From positions 4,281,579 through 4,345,578 of the forward strand of contig MU058198.1 in assembly GCA_013265495.1 (NCBI GenBank): a stretch of DNA of 64,000 nt, given 5' to 3'. Below the pieces are notes generated by a model. That model saw only the letters and a list, made by a program, of their open reading frames with translations, made no database searches and was not told the origin of the DNA. The DNA is from Vicugna vicugna (Eukaryota). Every line of letters begins with the position of its first letter. The first letter of the stretch is position 1. Positions 1 through 12,967 of this stretch are shown here, piece by piece. The position numbers and the translations under genes were made by a program.

Positions 1-645
1 TTTATAGTTTTCTGTGTACAATTCTTTCACCTCCTTGGTTAGATTTATTCCTAGGTATTTTATTACTTTGGGTGCTATTTTAAAGGGGATTGTTTCTTTA
101 CTTTCTTTTTCTGTTGATTCATTGTCAATGTAAAGAAATGCAACTGATTTTTGAACATTAATCTTGTAACCTGCTACCTTGCTGAATTCTTCAGTCAGCT
201 CTAGTAGTTTTTGTGTGGACCTTTTAGGGTTTTCTGTGTATAGTAACATGTCATCTGCATATAGTGACACTTTTACCTCTTTTCCAATTTGGATCCCTTT
301 TATTTCTCTCTCTTGCCTGATTGCTGTGGCTAGGACTTCCAAGACTATGTTGGATAGGAGTGGTGATAGTGGGCATCCTTGTCTTGTCCCAGATTTTAGT
401 GGGAAGCTTTTGAGTTTTTCACCATTGAGTACCATGCTGGCTGTAGGTTGGTCATATATAGCTTTTATTATGTTGAGATATGTTCCCTCTATACCCACTT
501 TGGTGAGAGTTTTTAATCATAAATGGGTGTTGAATTTTATCAAATGCCTTTTCTGCATCTATTGAGATGATCATGTGGTTTTTGTCCTTTCTCTTATTGA
601 TGTGATGTATTACACTGATTGATTTGTGTATGTTGATCCACCCTC
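1..645 (-). mobile_element. LINE-1 ORF2 fragment, antisense, running off the window start
   Basis: Typical reverse-strand L1 RT-region text (e.g. GGGCATCCTTGTCTTGTCCCAGATTTTAG; TTTTCTGCATCTATTGAGATGATCATGTGG). ORF 179-565 is its antisense shadow. Confidence 0.9.
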
Positions 646-804
646 TTCCTTTTTTAAATAGTAACTTTTATTCATTGCTGATGGGAATACCAGTTGGTTT
701 CCAATGAAGGCAGTTTGGCCATTTCTATCAGAATCACAAATGTATCTACCTTTTTTTAAAAAAATCTTATTTTGTTTGTTTTTCATTTTCTTTAATCATT
801 TGGG

Positions 805-912
805 GAGTAATTAGGTTTATTTATTTATTTTTAATGGAGGTACTGGGGATTGAACCCATGACCTTGTGCATGCCAAGCATGTGCTCTACCACTGAGCTAT
901 ACCTTTCCCCCC
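805..912 (-). mobile_element. tRNA-derived camelid-type SINE (Vic-1-like)
   Basis: TTTTAATGGAGGTACTGGGGATTGAACCC...CTCTACCACTGAGCTATACC, with pol III A/B boxes on the minus strand. Confidence 0.8.
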
Positions 913-1514
913 AGATTTTTTTCTTGTGATGAAAACTTCTAAGATCCATTCTCTTAGCAACTTAAAAATATGCAATCCATTATTATTATTATTTTATTAA
1001 CTAGAGTTACCATGCTGTCCATTACATCCCTTAAACTTATTTATTTTATAATTTTATAACTGGAAATCTCCTTTTTGACCCCCATCATCCATTTTGCCCT
1101 CTCCTGCCCTCTGTCTCTGGCCACAGACAGTCTGTTCTGAGTGGATAAATTCTGGCAAGACTAACCTAGCCCCACTCAACAGAGAGAAGGAGGTCAGGAT
1201 AAGACCAAGGCAGAGTAACATCAAGCCCAGGCACACCCATCCTGATGGTAGCAGTATCTCAGATCCTCTCTCTGTCTTTTCCTCCTAACACATCACTTCT
1301 AGTCAAACCTTGAGTATTTGCTCTTGCTTTCTGCTCCTTCCTGCTCTTGCTTTCTCTGCCTTGGTATAGCTACCCCAGCTGGACTACTGGACCACAGGGA
1401 TTGAGAACAGGAAACCAAGCTCCTGAGTCCAGTGTGCCTACCAACAAGATACGCACACTTAGGTTGCTTTAAGAGAAAGCCGTCTCAGCTTCCAACCACC
1501 CCACTGTTTTCCAG

Positions 1515-1650
1515 GTGATTGTTCAGCGGACTCTGGCCGCCAAGAACCTCTCTCATGCCAAAGGAGGCTCTCTGATGGCTGCATACCTGAAGGTGCTGCC
1601 TCTTTTCATTATGGTGTTCCCTGGTATGGTCAGCCGCATCCTCTTTCCAG
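1515..1650 (+). CDS. SLC5A11: SLC5A11 internal coding exon (136 nt) [18 protein letters not shown]...RILFP
   Basis: ttccAG|GTG ... CCAG|GTgaga; SSS-family QRxLAAK motif. Confidence 0.95.
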
Positions 1651-3782
1651 GTGAGAAGACAGCTGAAAGGAGAGCTCACCTGTCTGTGAGTCTCAGACCC
1701 TGTGGAGTGTTCTAAACGTATTACTGACTGCCCCACGAGAATGTGGCTGGAATCCCTTCTTGGTGATTTGACTGAGGCAGCTCCATCCTGGCATCTACGG
1801 ACTCTGCTGTTTCCCAACATTGGTTCAATGGGAATGTCCTGTAGATGCCCCAGACCAAATCGAGTGGAGTCATATCTGGAGTCTCGATTACATGTTTTTG
1901 AAACAACAAACTAGGCTAAAATCTTGTGGTCCCAGATGTCAACTCCGTGAAATCTCACATGAGATTTCCCCTCAAGCTTTGGTGTTGAGCCCTGTGGTTT
2001 GGTAACTTTGGCCCAGTGGGGCTCATTTGGGGGTGCTTTTCTTAACAAAATCAGGGATATAAAAGCCTCTAGAGTATTTGCCTTAACTTTTGTTTTTTGA
2101 AATATGGTAAAGGGATGAGGTTTGCACCATGAGAATTAAACAGGACTAAGGGTGGAGGATGTTACTGGGAATCACTGTGATGTCAGGAACCAGTGATTTG
2201 TATGGAAGAAAGCTCCTTTTTTGCCAACACTGTTATTAACTCAAAGGAGCAGAAAGCTCCTTCCCTTATTCCTCATCCTACATGATGTCATGCAGAGGTA
2301 AAGAAAAGGTAGGATGAAATGCCGAGTTAGTTGGTCCAGAAGTTTTGTCAAAATAATTTGGAACAATAAGAATTAGGTGGAAAGACTTGGGGAAGGGAAG
2401 GGGGTGGGGAGCTGTCCATGGTGCTGGGCTTGTGCTCCATCAGGCTAGACGAAGAACCCACGCAGTCGCTGGTCTTGTTTCCAGGGGAGGGGCACAAGGC
2501 TGGAAAAAGCCCGGATGGGAGGAATGAGCACTGGGACTTGGGGTTTGTAATGGCTTGATGGGAAAATATACAGCTATGGGACAAGATGACATGTGAGCAA
2601 AGAATGTGGCTTAAAATGACCAACATTCATTGTGCTAAGGGCCAGTCCCTATGTGACGAGTTTTGCAGTAGAGTGTGGTGGTTATGAATATGAATGGATT
2701 CTCATCTGAACTGCCTTCCCTGAGTCTTGGCTCTGCCACTTACTAGCTATGTGACTGGGTAAATCACGGAATTTCTCTTTGCTTCTGTTTCCTCACTTGT
2801 AAAATGAGGATGTTATTTCCTAAGGCTGAAGGCAGTTCCTAGCACATGGTGAGCACTATAGAAGTGTTCACTCCTGTTATTCTATACATCTACTATCTCA
2901 TTTATTCCCAAAACGACCTTATGAGGTAGGTACTATCATTGTTATTTTCATTTATGGATGAAGAAATTGAAGCTCAGGGAAGTTAATGGATTCATTCATG
3001 GATGCAACAAATATTTTGTGGGCCAATTATTTGCCAGGTCTTATTCTAGAAGATTCTGGGGCTCTGTAAATGAACAAGACATATGGTTGTGGTGGAGTAT
3101 TTGCATTACACTCTAGTGGTGGAGGAGATAGACAAAGATAAGCAAATATCTAAGTGAGGCATTCATTGGTTGTGCTAAGTGCTCTGAGGAAGATGCACAG
3201 GGAGACTTCACAGGGGATGCTGAGTGGGGGCTACTTCTGACAGGGTTTCCAGGAGTGGCCTCTGGGAAGAGACAACAATTGGTCCATGTGGATGATTCAA
3301 AAATATATTTTAGACTGAAGCCAACCAGATTAATGATGGACTGGATGAGGAGGTTAAGAAAGAGGTGAAAGATCTCTCCTGGGTTGGGTGACTTGCTGGA
3401 AATTACTTGGCTGGTACTGGGTAATACAGAATTTAAATCCAGGTGTATCTGCCTCTAAAACTTGATTCTTAATCATGCTGCTGTCTCTCTTGGCAAATCA
3501 CATCTTAAGTATCTGGCAGGTCAGTGACAAGAGCCTGACCATCACTCTTAGCAGTCAGCCAGCCAATGATGATTATTCAGTGAAACAAAGTGCCATGTTC
3601 CACACCCCTAGGGAGTTTGTAATGTAACAGATGAGTCTGGTACTCATGCTAAAAGTAAGTGGAAATAGATATCAAAACACTCTAGCATATGGCACCAGCA
3701 ATAAGTGAGCAAGGAATTTAAGAGAGGGAAGTAGGGTGGAGATGATGAGGTGGACGTGGTATATTTGAAGGTCTTGACCAGA

Positions 3783-3940
3783 GCTACTCAAAGTGTGGTC
3801 CCCAGTCCAGCAGCATTAGGGTCACCTTGGAACTTGTTAGAAATGCAAACTTTCAGGCCCCAACCAAGACTTATTGAGTCTGAATCTCTGGGGGTGGGGC
3901 CCAGCAATCTATTTTTAACAAGCCCACCAGAAGATTAAGA
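3783..3940. mobile_element. MER5A-like hAT-Charlie DNA transposon fossil
   Basis: CTACTCAAAGTGTGGTCCCC...GAACTTGTTAGAAATGCAAA...GGGGTGGGGCCCAGCAATCT resembles the MER5A consensus. Confidence 0.7.
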
Positions 3941-6897
3941 AGCCCTGGTGTAAAAGGCCAGGTGCCAGGCCAGCCACTGTTTATACCCATTTCCACTCTT
4001 TTCTCTGTCTCAGCTCCCCCAGCTCCTCTCTGAATTTTCAAATGGGTCCAGCACTGCCTAAAAGCTTGCTCTGATCCTGAGCTCTCATGAGCCTGGACAA
4101 CACCTTATTCCACTTCGTCCATCTGAGACATGGCACACACGTGTAAAGGAACCTCAGTGGGAACCAAGCAAGAAGCAAAACAACCCTCAAAACAATAAAA
4201 CACGGGAGTCTAGGAATATATCTGTTTACCAGCCGGTCCTCTCTACCTGAGCTTTAGAATAAACTAAGGTTTTGAGTCCTACCCATGACACTTAATACTG
4301 TATGATTTGGGGACACTACTTAACCTCTCTAGGCCTCAGTTTACTTGTCTTTAAAATAAATGTGATAACAATATCTTTCCCCTGGAGTTGTGAATATTAT
4401 ATGAGAAGGTGTATTACTGTGTTTTTTGGTGACATCTGAATCACAGTGAACCTTCCATGAATGTTGGCATTTGTGGGAGAAGGAGGTTTGGTGCTATGTT
4501 TGGACTGGACTCTGCTAGAGCCATCCTTTATTTCAAGCATCAGAGGATCTGACAAGAGAAACCACTCCATGTATGAAATGGCTGATTAATTAAACCAAGG
4601 CAGATGAGTGGATATTAGTGAATGGCGTGTTAATGATTGCAAAGCTGTTAGTTTCATTTGTAACCTAGCTGAGCCGACTGATTTCCCTATGATGAGCATA
4701 TCCTTTAGCCTGAATGAACAAACACGATTCTCTGCCACAAACTTGCTTTATAAACTCTGTATCTGTCACGTGTTTCATGGTTGAAGGTTACATTCCTAGA
4801 AGGTTAAACAAAAACCAGGTAGTTAATTGAACTATCTCAGGGAGGGTCTGGCTCCTTCTTGGTGGACCTTGAAGAGTGGAGCTTTTGGACAACAAGAGTC
4901 AGGACCCATAAGACTGAACATAAACAAGATCTTTGCCCCACCGGGGAGGCTCCATACCATGTCCTGGCCAGAGGAATGTGACTTTTTTTATAATCTTCTC
5001 CTACACTAAGAGTCATAAACAAGCCACGAACTTTGACCTCTCAAAAGGATTTTTCCCAACAAGATTGTTTCTTCTCAATCCTTCTTGTCAAATATCATTT
5101 TGGTCTGCAGTCTTAATTTTGTCTAAGACTGAACTAGATTTATGCAGGCATCTACTGTTGCTCCATAGTATTATTCATTGTGGCCACAGCACCCACTGCC
5201 TCCCCCATTGGTAGGTGTTAGTGCAGGGAAGGGAGGGTCCCAGCCTTAAGAAGACAAGACAGTGAGTGGAGAGATTTAACAAAGACCAGCTAGATCTTGG
5301 GCTTCCCAATGGATGAAGGGCCCTGGGGTGACTACCATTCCTTAGGCGTTAGGCTATTTCAAAAAAGAAAATGAAGAATCAACAACACTAGATTTTGAAA
5401 GTCATGATATACTTTAAATGTTTACATTGATTCAACTAACAGTTTTAATGCAGATAAAAATATGAAGACGAGACAGACAACCTCATCTGGAAATACTGTC
5501 AAACATCTGCATTCGAGGCCACTTGTGAACTTGAGGCCTCAACTGAATGATCATCATGACACTGATGCTGCATCAGGACCCAGGAGGAGATGGGCATGAG
5601 CAGGGAAGGGGCCAAGGTCACCCCTAAACTGAGGCTCAGGGTGCTTTCCACTTGCCTTTGAAGGCAGGCTGGAAGGCAGTGGCACCCATCAGAATGAGGA
5701 AGAAAGATGCCTTTAGTCTGAGCAGAAGGAGGGCTTGGGAGTTACTTATGGGAGTTATTCCTAGATCCAGCTGGCAGAAGAGACTTGAGAATTTAGGAAG
5801 TGGTCCAGCGGAGGCGAGTGGTGTTGCGCTGGCACTGAGATGGTTTCCTTCCCTGAAAGGTTGGACTGGGAGTTGGGAGACCCGTGTTTAAATTAAGCTC
5901 TGCCTCCAACACAACCTTGCTGTGTCCCTTCCCCTCTCTGAAGGTAACAATAATGAGACGGCTACCTTCTCCCCAACAAAAATGTATGGAGTATCTACTC
6001 TGTGCTGCACACTAGTATCATTAAAAACAACTTTTTTTTTTATTGAAGTGTAGTTGACTTACAATGTTAGTTTTGGGTGTACAGCAGACTCAGTTATACA
6101 TATACATACATGTGTATTTTTTCTTTCCAGATTCTTTTCCATCATGTTATTACAAGAAATTGAATATAGTTCCCTGTGCTCTACACACACTAGTATAATT
6201 TTTATCTCCTGTCTTCTGAGCAAGAGGTACAGATGAAGATGCTAGGAAGTCAGGGTGGATATACACTAGAAAATCAATGCTGTTCAGGGGAGACAAGAAT
6301 TGATGCGGAAATGCGGAAAGTGGAGGAGAGAAATTCAGGGCCTGGTTGAATTTTTAGGAGTCTAAAATGAGGAACAGCTGTTGAGAAGGGGTTGGGAAAA
6401 AAGAGGAATTTGAAAAAGATTTGCCATGTGTCAAGTGACGGCATTGTCCTTTGCAATTCCGATGAACTTAGTAAAGATGAGAATTCTTGGGTCCTTTTTT
6501 AGGGAGTGGAGGATCCTGACACAGGACTCTGTGCTGAGACTGGCCGCTAGGTGTCTCAGCTTTATTTGGGTTACAGTCATTGTAACTGAAATGTATTCAG
6601 TGCTTCCTCCGTGTCAGACTCCGTGCGAAGTGTGTCATCTCAGCCCATCCTCACTATAATCGTATGAAGAGGAGTTATGTTACTGTCCCGATTTAACAGA
6701 TACGGCATCTGAGGTTCAGGATGGTTAAGTAAGAAGGCCATGATTTGTAAAGTCTAGGCTCCTTTTTATTTCACTGAACTGTACGCTTATCCACAGTAAT
6801 CCTGTCTCCTGGTGCTGGGCTGTGCTGGGCCGGGGTTTGGCTGTTCCTGGGGCTCTGAGGGTCTGTCTGCTCAGCTCTGGGCTTGTTTCCTCCTTAG

Positions 6898-7005
6898 ACC
6901 AAGTGGCTTGTGCAGATCCAGAAATCTGCCAGAAGGTCTGTAGCAACCCCGCCGGCTGCTCTGACATCGCATATCCCAAACTTGTGCTGGAACTCCTGCC
7001 TGTGG
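6898..7005 (+). CDS. SLC5A11: SLC5A11 exon (108 nt) DQVACADPEICQKVCSNPAGCSDIAYPKLVLELLPV
   Basis: ccttAG|AC ... GTGG|GTaat; phase 1-1; Cys-rich SGLT extracellular loop. Confidence 0.95.
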
Positions 7006-7353
7006 GTAATGATCTCTCACCTCTAAATGGAGTCCTCCAACGCACCCAGAAAGGAGGACGTTGGCTGGGCTCTGATCTGGGTGGGGGTGTGGACGAGATG
7101 GGAGGATGCGGGAGGGAATGGGCTCTCAGCTGATGGACTAAGCCCCTAAATGAAGCTCAGGCTATCCAGGGGGCTCTGCCCAGCCCACCCCTCTGAGTCT
7201 CTCCTCTTGGCTCCCACCCCTGAGTGCTGCCTCCTCAGGGTTGAACCTGTTGGGATCAGCTGGCCATGGGCCTGGGGAAATGGAGTCATGAGTGAGAGCA
7301 GCAGCTGCTGGCAGCAAAAGCCTGAGGCCCATAGACCTCCCTTCTGCCCCCAG

Positions 7354-7504
7354 GGCTCCGTGGGCTCATGATGGCTGTGATGGTGGCGGCGCTCATGTCC
7401 TCCCTCACCTCCATCTTTAACAGTGCCAGCACCATCTTCACCATGGACCTCTGGAACCACCTCCGGCCTCGGGCATCTGAGAAGGAGCTCATGATTGTGG
7501 GCAG
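7354..7504 (+). CDS. SLC5A11: SLC5A11 exon (151 nt) [34 protein letters not shown]...MIVGR
   Basis: cccAG|GG ... GCAG|GTaaag; conserved SLC5 Na-site helix [11 protein letters not shown]. Confidence 0.95.
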
Positions 7505-8099
7505 GTAAAGTCTCACTGGGCGGGGCCAGGCAGGGGTGTGAAAAGTCTAGATATCCAGGGAGGAGAAAGTTGATTCACCCAGAGGTAGGTCCGACCAGCG
7601 ACGTCTCCAGGCTGGCTCTCCCCCTCCTCTGATGGCAAAGGTGAAGTACACTAGGACCCCATGTATGAATCAGTCACTCATTCATTCAAGAGATGTGCAG
7701 GGAGCACCTACTATGTGTCAGTGAAAAGAAAAGACTCAGTTTTGCCTTTGTGGAGATAAGAGAAGGATAAGGAAACAGGCAGGTATAACCCCGATGAGTC
7801 TTATGACTGGGGAGTCAGGAGACCTAGGGATTCAGAGGAAAAGTCTCCAACCTGGATTGGGTTCTGAGGGGTGAATAGGAGTTAGCCAGGTAAAAGGGAG
7901 AAGGATGTTCTGGGGCTTGGGGAGAAGGTTTCTCTAACAAGCTTTTTGCAAAGTCCTGAAGTCTAACGGGGGGAATGAAAGTGACCAGAATGAGTGGCAC
8001 GTACATTTACTGCAAAACACATGCTAGTAGGCATCTTGGGACTCTGCTCCTCAAGGAGATACATCCGAAGGGCTATCTCACCCATAGGTTAGGGAGAAG

Positions 8100-9015
8100 T
8101 AAGACCCCAAAAGAAGACAAGCCACAGACTGGGGGCGATATTTGCAAGTCATATATCTGACAAAGGACTTGTAATCTAGAATACTCTACAAGACAAGATA
8201 GTAATCTAGAAAATTACTGCAAAATAGCACTACACACCCACTAGAACGGCTATAATCAAAATGATAGGCAAGGAGGCAGAGAAGTCGGAACACTAATGCA
8301 TTAGAGGTGGGAGGGTAAAATAGTTCAACTGTTCAAAAATAGTTTGGCAGTTTCTTAAAAAGTTAAACATAAATCTACCCTAGAACTGCATTCCTAGAAA
8401 TGAAACCATATGTCTGCACAAAGACTTGTACTCAAATGTTCACAGTGGCATATCTTTACAACAGCTGAAAAGTAGAAACAATCTAAGTGGCCACTGACAG
8501 GTGAAAGAGAAACAGTAGTATGTGATGGCATATCCACGCAATGGGATATTTTTCAACAATAAAAAGGAATGACATACTGATACATGATCTGTGAGAAAAC
8601 TCAAGGTTTTTTTGCTTTGTTTTGTTTGTTTTAATGGAGGTACTGGGAATTGAACCCAGGACCTTGTGCATGCTAAGCATAAGCTCTACCACTGAGCTAT
8701 ACCCTCCCTCTTTGATGAAACTCAAAGACTTGCTAAGAGAAAGAAGCCAGCTGCAAAAGACCGTATATTGTATGATACCATTTATGTGAAATGTCCAAAA
8801 AAAACAAACCTGTAGAGACAGAAGCTTATTTAGGGTGGGAACAGGAATCAACTATAAATGGGCATGAGGGGACTTTTTGGAGTGATGGATGTTCTAATAC
8901 TTGCTTGTAGTGATGGTTGTGCAACTCTATAAATTCCTTGGAAGTTACTGGATTGTACACTTATAATTGGCGAATCTTATGGTATATAATATTCTACCTC
9001 AATAAAGCTGTATAA
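8100..9015 (+). mobile_element. Old L1M 3' region fragment, interrupted by a SINE
   Basis: Degenerate L1 ORF2-end/3'UTR motifs (CATATATCTGACAAAGGACTTGTA; TATTGTATGATACCATTTATGTGAAATGTCC), ending CCTCAATAAAGCTG. Confidence 0.7.
8607..8709 (-). mobile_element. tRNA-derived camelid-type SINE nested in L1
   Basis: Same core as the other SINE copies; AAACTCAA on both sides is a possible TSD. Confidence 0.8.
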
Positions 9016-9076
9016 AAAAGAGAACCGTTCAGAGAAGACAGCACTAATGGGAGGGTTTCTCTCCATCCGGCACTAG

Positions 9077-9245
9077 GGTGTTTGTGTTGCTTCTGGTGTT
9101 GGTCTCCATCCTCTGGATCCCTGTGGTCCAGGCCAGCCAGGGTGGCCAACTCTTCATTTACATCCAGTCCATCAGCTCCTACCTGCAGCCGCCCGTGGCC
9201 GTGATCTTCATCATGGGATGTTTCTGGAAGCGGACCAATGAAAAG
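9077..9245 (+). CDS. SLC5A11: SLC5A11 exon (169 nt) VFVLLLVLVSILWIPVVQASQGGQLF...FWKRTNEK
   Basis: cactAG|G ... AAAG|GTagc; phase 2-0; TM helices. Confidence 0.95.
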
Positions 9246-9619
9246 GTAGCTCTGGATCAGCCCCTCAGCCCATGAAGATGGGAGAGAAGGTGACCGGAGA
9301 GAAGACATGAGGATGTCTTGACTCGGTGTCATTGGAGGGGGATGAGTTCTATGTAGGAGATACATAGAGGGTGTTTAAAAAAAAATAGCAATGAGGGGTT
9401 CTATTTTGATGCATTCTTTTCATTAAATAGGGTAGCTGAATCAACAGAGAATGATATGTAATTGACTAATTATATGTGAAACATAAAAAGTAGCTCCAAC
9501 CCTTTTCAAATCACTGACCCCTGCGGTGACTGTCACTTGAAGGACGAAGTCTGGACAGGGCTTGCTGAGGTGTGTGGAGGCCCTGCACGGGTCTAAGACG
9601 GCCTCCCTCTGCTTTGCAG

Positions 9620-9835
9620 GGCGCCTTCTCAGGTCTCATCGTGGGCCTTCTCCTAGGCTTGGTTCGCCTGGTCCTGGACTTCATTTACGTGCAGCCTCGG
9701 TGTGACCAGCCAGATGATCGCCCAGCTGTGGTGAAGAGTGTCCACTACCTCTACTTCTCCATGATTCTGTCCGGGGTCACGCTGATCACCGTGTCCACCG
9801 TGAGCTGGTTCACAGAGCCGCCCTCCAAGGAGATG
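9620..9835 (+). CDS. SLC5A11: SLC5A11 exon (216 nt) GAFSGLIVGLLLGLVRL...TEPPSKEM
   Basis: ttgcAG|GGC ... GATG|GTaca; VHYLYF motif. Confidence 0.95.
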
Positions 9836-10099
9836 GTACATCTGGGTGTGATGCTATATATCTGTTGGGACCCCTCACTGCTAGTGACCGAAAACAACCC
9901 GCGTGACTTAAGTGAAAAGGGCTGATTGTTCAAAAAGCTGAAAAGTCCAGGGCTGGGTTTTAGGAAGGACTTGATTTCAGGACAGTGAAAAGGCCATCAG
10001 AATCTGTGTCTCTATTCTGCTTCTAGTCTCAGGCCCCACGTGGGGCCAGCAGCTTCTAGGATTACATCCTCTCTTTTTTGTTTTTTTGTTTGGTCTTTT

Positions 10100-10228
10100 T
10101 TGGGGGGAGGGGGGAGGGTGCTAATTAGATTTTATTTGTTTATTTTTTAATGGAGGTACTGGGGATTGAACCCAGGACCTCGTGCATGCTAAGCATGCAC
10201 TCTACCACTGAGCTACACCCCTCCCCCT
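10100..10228 (-). mobile_element. tRNA-derived camelid-type SINE
   Basis: Near-consensus core GGAGGTACTGGGGATTGAACCCAGGACCTCGTGCATGCTAAGCATGCACTCTACCACTGAGCTAC. Confidence 0.85.
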
Positions 10229-10664
10229 CATGCTTTCTTAACCTCATTAAGCAAAAGCATAAGCAGTTTTGTCCCAGCATTTCCGGTAAAGTTCCTAATT
10301 CCCATTGATGGAGTCAGCTCAGGACACACTGAATCAGCTTAATCCCTGTGGCCAGAGAAATGAGTCAGCTGAATGGCTGATTGCTGGATCCCACAACACC
10401 CAAGGGCTAGGGTTAAGCTCTGGGGACTAGAATGAGGGCGGGTGGGATCCCAACAGGGGAATTAAAGTTGTGTGGAAGAAAGATGGAAATGTCCATTGAT
10501 TCTGAAGAGTGCGGGGACTAGAAACTCATTAGAGGGTGGAGTTGGAGGGTGAGCTTGGGGGACAGGCTTGGATGTGAAGTCTGAGCTCTGTGTTGGAAGG
10601 CAATGGAAGGAAGGGATGATGGTCTCCAGCCCACTCCTCAACCACAATTCACCTCTGCTCCTAG

Positions 10665-10833
10665 GTCAGTCGCCTGACCTGGTTTACTCGCCATGACCCC
10701 GTGGTCCAGAAGGAACAGGTGTCACCAGCAACTCCGCTGCCTCCCACCCTCTCCCAGAATGGGACGTCAGAGGCCGGCAGCACCAATATCCAGTTTGAGA
10801 TGGTTCAAGAAAGCACGTCTAAACCCCACAGCA
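10665..10833 (+). CDS. SLC5A11: SLC5A11 penultimate exon (169 nt) VSRLTWFTRHDPVVQKEQ...SKPHS
   Basis: cctAG|GTC ... AGCA|GTgagt; open frame read manually (absent from the ORF track). Confidence 0.93.
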
Positions 10834-11992
10834 GTGAGTTGCCATGCTCCTCAGTTACAGTAGGAGCATCATATGTTTAAGGGGACGTTTTCTCATCAGA
10901 TCACAAGCCAGAAAAGGGAGAAGGGGCAGACTTGGAATTTTTGCATCTCCTGACTCCCAGGGTCTGGTCCTTCTTCACTCTGTGGCCACTGGAAAGGTTG
11001 GTAACAGACGCCTCCGGTGGGCAGTGATAGCCAAGGCTTGTTGAGTGCCTACTAGAACTGTGGCAGGTGGGTGTAATTCTGGTGTTCTCTAAATGACTGC
11101 TTTTAAACTGCCAGCTTGTAGACCTAGTTTGGTTCAACCCACCTACTATTTTAATAAAACATGAGTTATTTAAAAATCAGGAGATTTCATATAACACTCC
11201 AGATTTCCATCTTCTCTTGAAAAATTGGAAGATCTGGCAACACGGAACCCATGCAGGCAAAATTGTCTGGAGCTGTAAAGCAGCTGTTCCTTAGAACTGG
11301 GATGTGCATTTAGCCAAGGTCCCCACCAGTCCCTACTGTCTCCACAACCCCGAGGTTGTAGTTATTATTAATCATCACACATGGCTTTAAAAAAAACTAC
11401 TTGTGGATGTGAACCCATGTCATCCCAAAGTGGGAAACCCAGGGATAGATCTAGAAGGGCATGTGTTCCAAGGAAAATGAGAGAGAGGAGCTTTCCTGGT
11501 AGAGGTGAAGAATATTTCGAAATGTTTAGTTGGCAAATCAGCTACCTGGACTCCGATCCCCTACCTGTCGGTTCCATAGGCAGTTGACTTTGCAGCCCCA
11601 GCTCTTGATGGAGAAAGAGTTTCCCACAAGGGTGCCCAGGTCAGCCTTCTGGCAGGCAGTGCGCCCGAGAGGAGGGAGTCAGATAGAACTGGTCCTAAAC
11701 CCACCTCTGCCGCTGCTCAGCAGCGGTGTGGCTTCACTCGAATGAGTCTGAGCCTCTACCCCTTCACCTGAAATTCTGAAAATGGTGAAAAGTCAGAAAA
11801 TACTGATCTTCCAGAACAAAACAGTCTTCCGGAATTAAGGTATTAATGAATACCTTCCAGAAAACACACCATTGTAAAACATAAGGCATTTATCACAGTG
11901 TCTGGAAGACACACCTGGTTGGTCTCTCTTCGCTCTTGTCTGGGAGACACAGCCCATCCTCATGACCTTTTTATTTGCTGGGTTCTTTTTAG

Positions 11993-12198
11993 GTGACATG
12001 ACCCAAAAGCGGTCCAAAGTGGTGAAAGCCATCCTGTGGCTCTGTGGAGTGGACAGCAAGGGCAAGGAGGGGCCCCCGAGCAGGGCGGACCCTGTCATAG
12101 TGTCCTTGGAAGAAACTCCGTTGGTGAAAACCCTTCTGGACGTCAACCTCATCGTCTGCGTCAGCTGTGCCGTCTTCCTCTGGGGCTACTTTGCTTAA
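11993..12198 (+). CDS. SLC5A11: SLC5A11 terminal coding exon ...DMTQKRSKVVKAILWLCG...AVFLWGYFA*
   Basis: ttttAG|GT; stop TAA 12196-12198; SLC5-type C-terminal WGYFA. Confidence 0.95.
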
Positions 12199-12273
12199 CG
12201 TGGGGTGGACCCGGGGGTCCAAGCTCTCAGTTTGTTTTCAGTGCCCTGATTTTTTTAATGATGGGAAAAAAAT

Positions 12274-12279
12274 AATAAA
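12274..12279 (+). terminator. SLC5A11: SLC5A11 polyadenylation signal AATAAA
   Basis: AATAAA 75 nt after the stop, followed by T/GT-rich sequence. Confidence 0.75.
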
Positions 12280-12329
12280 GCTTTGTTTGTTTACCACGAG
12301 GCTTCAAAAGTGTTTATGGGCTATTTTCT

Positions 12330-12967
12330 TTCTTTCTCTCTTTCTCCCTTCCTTCCTTCCTTTTAATTTAAGGATAGTCAATTTCCAATGTTGTGTGAAT
12401 TTCTGGTGTACAGCACAATATTTCAGTCATACATATACATACATATATTCCTTTTCATATCCTTTTTCATTATAGGTTAGTACAAGCTATTGAATAGAGT
12501 TCTCTATGCTGTACAGTAGAAACTTGCTGTTTACTTATTTTATATATATTAGTATCTGCAAATCTTGAACTCCCAATTTATTCCTTCCTCCCCCCGTCCC
12601 CACCTGGTAACCATAAGTTTGTTTTCTATGTCTGTGAGTCTATTTCTGTCTTGTAAATAAGTTCATTTGACTTTTTTTTTAGTCTCCACATATAAGTGAT
12701 ATCATATGGTATTTTTATTTCTCTTTCTGACTTACTTCACTTAGAATGATGATCTCCAGGTCCATCCATGTTGCTGCAAATGGCATTATTCTATTCTTTT
12801 TTTATGGCTGAGTAGTTTTTCCATTGTATATATACATCACATCTTCTTCATCCAGTCATCTGTCAATGGACATTTAGCCTGTTTCCATGTATTGGCTATT
12901 GTAAATAGTGCTGCTATGAACACTGGGGTGCAGGTGTCTTTTTGAATTAGCGCTTCCTCTGGATATA
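12330..12967 (-). mobile_element. L1 3' end, antisense, immediately downstream of SLC5A11
   Basis: Pyrimidine tail then the L1 3'UTR/ORF2 end (CCATCCATGTTGCTGCAAATGGCATTATT; AATAGTGCTGCTATGAACA); degenerate TSD TGGGCTATTTTC / TGGGCCATTTTC. Confidence 0.85.

Noticed and set aside
179..565. 128-aa hydrophobic ORF
   Set aside because: It is the antisense reading of L1 ORF2, a common spurious ORF.
2670..2990. MIR/L2-like fragments here and at ~4270-4420, 29720-29890, 44480-44660, 58800-58990 and 60230-60420
   Set aside because: Probably real ancient repeats (TTTCCTCATCTGTAAAATG core) but too degraded to bound reliably by eye, and ordinary.
10150..10220. tRNA-like sequence with A/B boxes
   Set aside because: It is a SINE head with an A/T-rich tail and multiple diverged copies, not a tRNA gene.
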